DNA of 64,000 bases from Candidatus Curtissbacteria bacterium RIFCSPLOWO2_12_FULL_41_16 (GTDB lineage: Bacteria; Patescibacteriota; Microgenomatia; Curtissbacterales; GWA2-41-24). The notes under the pieces are model-generated. The model did no database searches. It was not told the DNA's origin and saw only the letters and a list, made by a program, of their open reading frames with translations. The position numbers were made by a program, and so were the translations under genes. Shown piece after piece: positions 57,518 to 64,000 of the stretch; within the stretch, counting starts at the first letter, position 1; every line of letters starts with the position of its first letter. The DNA is taken from assembly GCA_001776545.1 (NCBI GenBank), contig MFBZ01000022.1, positions 14,065 to 78,064 on the forward strand, in the 5' to 3' direction.

Positions 57518-58648
57518 ATGAAAAAGATATCGAGGCGAGGCGACAAACAAGTAACAGAAAAAGAAGAAAAAAAGATCGACATAAAGCTTGAAATTCGCAA
57601 GCTCGTAAAACGAGGGCGAGAACAAGGCTTTGTGACTCAAGATGATGTTTTGGCAATATTTACCAACCCTGAAAATTCAGTAAGCGAAGTTGATGATTTG
57701 TATCATAAGTTTCTCGAAGAGGGGATAGATGTTTTTGACACAACAGAGTTTGACGTCGGTGAGGCGGCAAAGCCGATTTCAGAACTTGAAAAAGAACTGG
57801 AAAGTTTGACAGCGCTCGAGGAAGGTTATCTTTCTGATCCGGTTAGGATGTATCTTCGGGAGATCGGCAGAGTTTCGCTTTTAACCTATGAGGAGGAAGT
57901 TGCACTGGCAAAGAGAATTGAAAAAAATGACAAGCGCGCAAGGGAGAGATTAATCAATGCTAACTTGCGGCTGGTGGTTTCTATCGCCAAGAAGTATGTC
58001 AATCGAGGCTTGACCCTTCTGGATCTTATTGAGGAAGGGAACATTGGATTGATGCGTGCCGTTGTCAAGTATGATTGGCGGCGAGGCTATAAATTCTCAA
58101 CCTATGCGACCTGGTGGATTCGGCAGGCGATAACGCGGGCGATTGCCGATCAGGCACGGACAATTCGAATCCCGGTGCACATGGTTGAGACTATCAATAA
58201 GTTCAATCGAATTTCCAGGAAATTAATGCAGGAGTTGGGCAGGGAGCCTGGACCCGAAGAAGTGGCTGGCGAAATGGGAGTTGGGGAGGATAAGGTACGG
58301 GAAATTATTAAAGTTTCCCAGGAGCCGGCATCTTTGGAGGCACCGGTTGGGGAGGAAGAGGATAGCCGGCTTGGCGATTTTATTCAAGATGTTTCAGCAA
58401 GTCCAACAGATCAGGCAACACAGGCGCTTTTAAAGGATCACATCCGTGAGGTACTTTCGACTTTATCGCCGCGTGAAGCTAAGGTTTTGGAATACCGGTT
58501 TGGTCTTGAGGACGGGAAGCAGAGGACTTTGGAGGAGGTTGGTCGGGAGTTTGGGGTGACCCGAGAGCGAATTAGGCAAATTGAGGCTAAGGCTATTCGC
58601 AAATTGCGACATCCAACCCGGGCAAAAAAACTACGGGATTATTTGTAA
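57518..58648 (+). CDS. rpoD: Primary sigma factor
   Basis: [66 protein letters not shown]. Confidence 0.98.
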   Translation: MKKISRRGDKQVTEKEEKKIDIKLEIRKLVKRGREQGFVTQDDVLAIFTNPENSVSEVDDLYHKFLEEGIDVFDTTEFDVGEAAKPISELEKELESLTALEEGYLSDPVRMYLREIGRVSLLTYEEEVALAKRIEKNDKRARERLINANLRLVVSIAKKYVNRGLTLLDLIEEGNIGLMRAVVKYDWRRGYKFSTYATWWIRQAITRAIADQARTIRIPVHMVETINKFNRISRKLMQELGREPGPEEVAGEMGVGEDKVREIIKVSQEPASLEAPVGEEEDSRLGDFIQDVSASPTDQATQALLKDHIREVLSTLSPREAKVLEYRFGLEDGKQRTLEEVGREFGVTRERIRQIEAKAIRKLRHPTRAKKLRDYL

Positions 58649-58752
58649 TTCTCAGCACATTGAGTCAGACTCGATGGGGAGCCCGAAAGGAATAGATTTC
58701 AAATTCGACTTTGTGAGTTTGACAAAGGTGGGCTTGTGATGACAAACTGAGA

Positions 58753-59028
58753 TTGATGTTAACTAATTTGTCGACCGTTGTTTTGGTGGTGGTTATTCTG
58801 GTTTCTATCTCTGCCACATACAATGCTTATCTGCTGCGCGGGGGCAAACTTGCCTGGAGTGAAATCCTGATTGTTTTGGGAATGGTTTCCTTTGTATTTT
58901 CGGTTGTGCTTTCTAAAGTTTTCCCCCAGCAACAGCTTATGGGAGTAACTCTTGCCGATCTTGCCAACGTTTTGGGTTTTGTTTTTTTGCTTTTCGCTTC
59001 TTTGAAAATGCGCTTTGCCCTTAGATAG
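58753..59028 (+). CDS. Small 3-TM membrane protein
   Basis: Hydrophobic 91-aa ORF. Confidence 0.55.
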   Translation: MMLTNLSTVVLVVVILVSISATYNAYLLRGGKLAWSEILIVLGMVSFVFSVVLSKVFPQQQLMGVTLADLANVLGFVFLLFASLKMRFALR

Positions 59029-59075
59029 TATTTTCGTGCTTTCCAGATTAATTCTCCACGTGGTTTAATATCAGC

Positions 59076-59339
59076 ATGGATTTTTTGAAGTGGCTTTTTT
59101 CACATCGGACTTGGCTTTGGCATAAATGGCTGGTTATTGCCCAAGCAATTGGTAATTTCCAGGCGCAGGTAATTTTGAGCCTGTTTTATCTGGTGATTCT
59201 TTTGCCAGTCGGATTGATGTTCAGGTTTTTGGCAGACCCGCTTCGCTTACGCTGGCAGAAAGCCCTTCGCCAGAAAACTAATTTCGGAAAGTGGGAGCAT
59301 CCGAAAGAGAACCTTGGGGAGGCAAGGAAGCAGTATTAG
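59076..59339 (+). CDS. SxtJ-like membrane protein
   Basis: AIGNF..VILSLFYLVILLPVGL..R..DPL. Confidence 0.7.
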   Translation: MDFLKWLFSHRTWLWHKWLVIAQAIGNFQAQVILSLFYLVILLPVGLMFRFLADPLRLRWQKALRQKTNFGKWEHPKENLGEARKQY

Positions 59340-59409
59340 TAAGAATTTTCAATATTCAAAAATTAAATTTTCAATGAAAATTTCAAATTTCAAATTTCAA
59401 ATTTAAAGA

Positions 59410-61197
59410 ATGTACATTCTTGGGATTTCCTGTTTTTATCATGAGTCGGCAGCTTGCCTTTTAAAAGATGGAAAAGTGGTAGCGGCCAGCGCTGAGGAGC
59501 GGTTTAGTCGCAAAAAACATGACAGTGAATTTCCGAAATTGGCGGTGGGGTTTTGTCTTAAAAAAGCGGGAATTACCGCCGCTGATCTTGATTTTGTGGT
59601 TTTTTACGAAAAGCCTTTTTGGAAATTTTCCAGAATTTTACTTTCTACTTTGGTCTCGTGGCCTTTGGCTTTCCGGCTTTTCGCTAAAGCAATGATTACT
59701 TGGATTTCCGGCAAGCTTTGGGTGAGATCGATTATTGGTGAGGAGTTGAGGGTTGACGTAAAAAAGATTTTGTTTGTGCCTCATCATGTTTCGCACGCGG
59801 CGGCGAGTTTTTATCCTTCAGGTTTTCGTGAAGCGGCGATTTTAACTTGCGATGCGGTAGGGGAATGGACTACAACAACGCTGGGGTTTGGTGAAGGAAC
59901 AAATATAAAGATTGAAAAAGAAATTAAATTTCCACACAGTTTGGGACTTTTGTATTCGGTCTTTACGGCATTTTTGGGATTTGAGGTAAACGACGGCGAG
60001 TACAAAGTTATGGGTATGGCGCCGTATGGCAAACCAAAGTATCTGGATCGGGTCAAGAAACTGGTCAAGGTTTATCCGGACGGCTCGTTTTCTTTGAAAA
60101 TGGAGTATTTTAAGTTTCATAAGTCGGTAGAGTACGCTTACGGCGAAAAGTTTGTCGAGCTTTTCGGCAATCCGAGGACCCGCGATTTGCACTTTTTTAC
60201 AAAGGGCTCCGGTTATCCTTCTTACTTTGGAGAAAGACCTGAGAACTATAAAGAGCTTTGCGGGTTGAATCAGAAGTATGCCGATATTGCTGCTTCCATC
60301 CAGGCGTTTACAGAGGAGACAATTTTGAAGTTGGCTGATTATGTACATCAGCAGACCAAGATGGAAAATCTGTGCATCGGCGGCGGCGTTGGATTAAATA
60401 GCGTGGCCAACGGTTTGCTCTTGAGGCGCGGGCCTTTTAAGCGGATTTTTGTGCAGCCGGCGGCGGGGGATGACGGCGGAAGTATTGGAGCGGCTTTGTA
60501 TGTTTATCATCAGATATTGGGTAAAAGACGAATCTTTGTTCAGGATAATTGTTATTTCGGGGCTGAATTTGGTGAGGCTGAGATTGAAAGTTTTCTTAAA
60601 AAGAAGCGAGTTAAGTACAGAAAAATTGGGACTGAGGAAAAGTTAGTTGACTATCTATCTGGCGAGATTGTTTCCGGGAAAGTTGTCGGTTTTTTCCACG
60701 GGAGAGCGGAGTGGGGTCCGCGGGCACTTGGAGCAAGATCAATAATTGCTGATCCGAGGCGGGAGGAAATGAAGGAGATAGTCAATACAAAAATAAAATT
60801 CAGGGAACCTTACCGGCCTTTTGCGCCGGTAGTTTTGGCTGAATATGCAGGCGATTATTTTGAGGTCGATGGATTGGCACACGAGGATTTAACTAAATTT
60901 ATGCTGGGTGTGTTTCCGGTGAAGAAGTCAGCAAAGAAAGTGATTCCGGCAGTGACTCATGTGGACGGGAGCGGCCGGCTACAGATAATAAGACGTGATC
61001 AAAACGCCCGCTACTACGATTTGATTAAGCGCTTCGGGGATTTGACGGGAGTCTACGTTTTGATGAATACCTCTTTTAATTTAAAAGGTGAACCGATTGT
61101 CAATTCGCCCGAGGATGCTTTGAATACTTTTTCAAAATCGGGCCTCGACATTTTGGCGCTGGAGAGATATATTGTTTTGAAAGAAGATGTTAAGTAA
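59410..61197 (+). CDS. O-carbamoyltransferase (CmcH/NodU/SxtI family)
   Basis: EERFSRKKH, HHVSHAA, GEYKVMGMAPYG, GGVGLN, EWGPRALGARS, VTHVDGSGR, NTSFN. Confidence 0.95.
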   Translation: MYILGISCFYHESAACLLKDGKVVAASAEERFSRKKHDSEFPKLAVGFCLKKAGITAADLDFVVFYEKPFWKFSRILLSTLVSWPLAFRLFAKAMITWISGKLWVRSIIGEELRVDVKKILFVPHHVSHAAASFYPSGFREAAILTCDAVGEWTTTTLGFGEGTNIKIEKEIKFPHSLGLLYSVFTAFLGFEVNDGEYKVMGMAPYGKPKYLDRVKKLVKVYPDGSFSLKMEYFKFHKSVEYAYGEKFVELFGNPRTRDLHFFTKGSGYPSYFGERPENYKELCGLNQKYADIAASIQAFTEETILKLADYVHQQTKMENLCIGGGVGLNSVANGLLLRRGPFKRIFVQPAAGDDGGSIGAALYVYHQILGKRRIFVQDNCYFGAEFGEAEIESFLKKKRVKYRKIGTEEKLVDYLSGEIVSGKVVGFFHGRAEWGPRALGARSIIADPRREEMKEIVNTKIKFREPYRPFAPVVLAEYAGDYFEVDGLAHEDLTKFMLGVFPVKKSAKKVIPAVTHVDGSGRLQIIRRDQNARYYDLIKRFGDLTGVYVLMNTSFNLKGEPIVNSPEDALNTFSKSGLDILALERYIVLKEDVK

Positions 61198-61296
61198 TTG
61201 TTATATTGCTATATTGTTAAATTGTTAAATTGTTAAAGAACAATAAGCGAAGCTTTTCTTTGAATAAAAAAATTCAACAATCTAACAATTGAAATT

Positions 61297-61476
61297 ATGC
61301 GGTTTTTTAAATCATTTTTTTCAAGAGGTTCAGAAGCAAGAGACTTAATTGAGTTTTTGTGGAAGGCAAAACTTTGGTTTTTGATTCCTTTTGTGGCGGT
61401 GCTTTTATTATTTGGGTTCCTTCTGATTTTTGCCCAGGCTACAGGTGTCGCCCCTTTTATCTACACCCTTTTTTAG
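61297..61476 (+). CDS. DUF5989/SxtK-like small membrane protein
   Basis: Manual translation ...EFLWKAKLWFLIPF...APFIYTLF* (59 aa). Confidence 0.85.
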   Translation: MRFFKSFFSRGSEARDLIEFLWKAKLWFLIPFVAVLLLFGFLLIFAQATGVAPFIYTLF

Positions 61477-61489
61477 TCAAAGAGGAAAT

Positions 61490-61840
61490 TTATTTAAAGG
61501 TAAATATAAGAATTGAGAGAATAGTTAGAATAACATAGTGGATAATTGCAGCGAAAAAGAAACTCACGGGAATAGTTTTGAATTCTAAGGTGTGTTGTCT
61601 AAAAGATTCTACTAAGAAAGAAAAGATACTAGCGATTATTGCAAACGCAAATGCAACGTAGGCAGTTATGAAGAAGAGTGTTATATCTGGTTTCCCTTCA
61701 AAAAAACCCCAAAGATAACCGAAGAAGAATATGAAGGGATAACCGATAATGGGAATAAAAAGAGGCCAAATTTGAATCTTTCTCATTGCAGTCGTTTCAT
61801 ATAATGTAGCTCCTTCAATTTTAGAACCAGCTCGTGTCAC
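61490..61840 (-). CDS. Small membrane protein
   Basis: Three hydrophobic segments; start uncertain. Confidence 0.5.
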   Translation of the reverse strand: MTRAGSKIEGATLYETTAMRKIQIWPLFIPIIGYPFIFFFGYLWGFFEGKPDITLFFITAYVAFAFAIIASIFSFLVESFRQHTLEFKTIPVSFFFAAIIHYVILTILSILIFTFK

Positions 61841-61880
61841 GTTGCAAAGATTGCATGAAACTTGGCATAATTTGCGCTAA

Positions 61881-64000
61881 GTGAAAAAGTTTCCCTCCGA
61901 TTCAAAATTTCTGCTTTTAATTGTTGCAATTTTTACTTTTCTTTCGCTTCTTTTGTTCTGGCCGGTTTTTTTAGGGAAAGTTAATTTAAACGGTAATCTT
62001 TTGGTTTCTTTTTACGCGCCGTTTGGCCAGAATTTGCCTTTTAAAAATACCGGCTGGGATCAGCTTAGAATATACTTTCCCTTTTACAGAGTTGCCCTTG
62101 ATGCAATAAAAAATTTTAGTTTGCCGCTTTGGAATCCTTACGCGTTTTCCGGACATCCGCACATGGCGGATTTCCAGACTGCGGTATTTTACCCACTTTC
62201 CATCTTTGGGTTAGTATTGCCCCAGATTGAATTTTGGCACCTGTTGCGTATTACACCGACAATTCTAGCTTCATTTTTTACCTTTCTGTTTCTTAAGAAT
62301 TTGAGATTGTCGATGCTCGCCGCCATTTTTGGATCGCTGACTTTCGGCTTTAGCCCTTTTATTTTGACTTGGGGGGAGGAAGTGGTGATGAGCCCGCATT
62401 CAATTGTTTGGCTGCCGTTAATTCTATGGGCGATTGATCGATATTTAGGTTTTCTGGCTCACCACCGGGGAGTCCCCTTCGGCTTCGCTCAGGGCAAGCA
62501 AGCCCACCACGGGGGTATTGCTGGGCGGTTTTTCTTGGTAATCATTGCCCTTTCCACGGCCTCCTCCTTTTTTGGCGGCTATATGCAGACTACAATTTAT
62601 ATGTTTATTTTTATTTTTGCCTATCTTATCCTTAGAATTTGGCGTAATTCCGTACGTGTCAACTCAAGACACCCTTGGGGTGAATTAGCTTTACACCTGC
62701 GGATTTTGGGAAGTTTTGGTGTTGGAGTTGGCTTGGCGGCCGTTCAACTTTTGCCTTCTGCCGAACTTTATTTTAGCTCTGCCAGATCGCAAATTGTTCT
62801 CCGTCAGACCTTGTTCGATTTTTTACTGCCCATAGAATCGCTTTTAACCTACCTGGCCCCCGATTTTTTTGGGCATCCGGCCACGGGAAACTTCTTTAGA
62901 CCAGGCGTTGCCCAGTACTATGAAGGAATCTTGTTTGTAGGAGTGGCGGCCCTGATTTTTGCAGCCTATGCAATCCTTAATCAGAAGCAGGATAAGTTGG
63001 TCGGCTTTTTGGCAATTTTTGGATTGGTTGCTGCCTCGACAACATTTGATTTGCCAACCGCAAGACTTTTTTTATCTTTGCCGGTTCCATTTCTTTCGAC
63101 ATCGATTGCCAGCAGAGTTCTTTTTATTCCGGCTTTTTGTCTTTCAATTTTGGCAGCCATTGGCCTTGAACGGTGGCTGGCAAGTAAAGACAGAATGGTA
63201 CTGAAAATTATTTTTAGCTTTGGCGTAGTTTACGCGGTAATTATTTTGATTCTTTTGGTGATTAAGTTTTTTCACCTTAATTACTTTGAACATGCCAAAT
63301 TTTTCTCCCAACAGAACGTGCTGGTTAGCTTGAGAAATTTAGTGGTGCCGATTTTCGTCTTCGGGCTAACGGCTACTTTAATCTTTTATGCTAGTTTTAA
63401 GGGGAAATTTAAACAACAGGCGGCTTTTTTGATTACTATTTTGGCCTTTTTGCATATTTTTTACTTTAGTCAAAAATATTTGTCGTTTAGTGAGCGAAAA
63501 TATGTTTTCCCCGAAAACCATGCTCTGAGTTTTATGGCTGAAAATCAAGGAATTTTCCGCTCCTGGGGAATCGGGGATGCTTTTTTGGAAAATAATTTTG
63601 CCAGCCAATACGGTATCTTTTGGCCCGAAGGTTACGATTCTTTGAACAATAGATCTTATGGGGAATTTACGTACGCGATGCAGGGAAATAAACTTTCTGA
63701 TTTCGTTTTTAGGGCCGATGCTGGATTTGGACGAGGGAAGACTGAGGAGCTACTTGGGAATCCAGACAGGCGAAGGCTTATCGATATGGTGGGAATTAAA
63801 TATGTAGTAGCCTTGAGTGATGAAGGGGAAGTGATGAGTCTTTATAACTTCAAAAAGGTTTTTTCAGATGGCAAATATGCGGTATTTGAAAATTTACAAG
63901 TTATGCCCAGAGTTTTTTTGGCTTCAAATTATGAAGGACCCCCGCCAGTTGAGGATGAAGGATTAAGGATTAAGGATGAAGGAAAAATGAGAAGAAGGTT
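61881..64000 (+). CDS. YfhO-like GT-C membrane glycosyltransferase (partial, runs off window)
   Basis: From GTG 61881: PLWNPYAFSGHP..DFQTAVFYP, AAVQLLPSAE, EGYDSL, ENLQVMPRVF. Confidence 0.8.
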   Translation, partial: MKKFPSDSKFLLLIVAIFTFLSLLLFWPVFLGKVNLNGNLLVSFYAPFGQNLPFKNTGWDQLRIYFPFYRVALDAIKNFSLPLWNPYAFSGHPHMADFQTAVFYPLSIFGLVLPQIEFWHLLRITPTILASFFTFLFLKNLRLSMLAAIFGSLTFGFSPFILTWGEEVVMSPHSIVWLPLILWAIDRYLGFLAHHRGVPFGFAQGKQAHHGGIAGRFFLVIIALSTASSFFGGYMQTTIYMFIFIFAYLILRIWRNSVRVNSRHPWGELALHLRILGSFGVGVGLAAVQLLPSAELYFSSARSQIVLRQTLFDFLLPIESLLTYLAPDFFGHPATGNFFRPGVAQYYEGILFVGVAALIFAAYAILNQKQDKLVGFLAIFGLVAASTTFDLPTARLFLSLPVPFLSTSIASRVLFIPAFCLSILAAIGLERWLASKDRMVLKIIFSFGVVYAVIILILLVIKFFHLNYFEHAKFFSQQNVLVSLRNLVVPIFVFGLTATLIFYASFKGKFKQQAAFLITILAFLHIFYFSQKYLSFSERKYVFPENHALSFMAENQGIFRSWGIGDAFLENNFASQYGIFWPEGYDSLNNRSYGEFTYAMQGNKLSDFVFRADAGFGRGKTEELLGNPDRRRLIDMVGIKYVVALSDEGEVMSLYNFKKVFSDGKYAVFENLQVMPRVFLASNYEGPPPVEDEGLRIKDEGKMRRR

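Noticed and set aside
59076-61476. Saxitoxin biosynthesis
   Set aside because: No sxtA, sxtG or other core genes; the trio is widespread outside toxin clusters

Overview
Chromosomal window from a small-genome bacterium, most likely Patescibacteria/CPR (Microgenomates-like). This is inferred from gene style: short RnpA, tRNA-Arg(GCG), stand-alone PaaX/Cas2-like gene and VirB2-like pilin array. From left to right it holds: envelope glycan genes (wzz/wzx/O-antigen-ligase-like); the jag-yidC-yidD-rnpA-rpmH / dnaA-dnaN-dciA block; a ~22-kb type IV secretion-like locus (Gly-zipper/Ig/metallopeptidase protein, VirB4-like ATPase, TraC-like, PrgI, VirB6-like, six pilin-domain genes); SpoIID; smpB and tmRNA; comF; six tRNAs interleaved with toxin-antitoxin pairs, a large serine recombinase island and a dead IS3; dnaG-rpoD; an sxtJ/I/K-like carbamoyltransferase trio; and a partial YfhO-like gene. 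The most notable unexplained signals are: (1) a PaaX/Cas2-like gene bracketed by 36-bp palindromic direct repeats at the head of the pilin locus; (2) a cobalamin-type riboswitch with a visible expression platform in front of an unknown Zn-ribbon gene; (3) a duplicated ~73-nt structured RNA with its own -10 box; (4) several dispersed repeat families, including palindromes inserted in frame in core genes; (5) a second SpoIID C-terminus reachable by a -1 slip. All calls are by-eye motif recognition; no searches were run.
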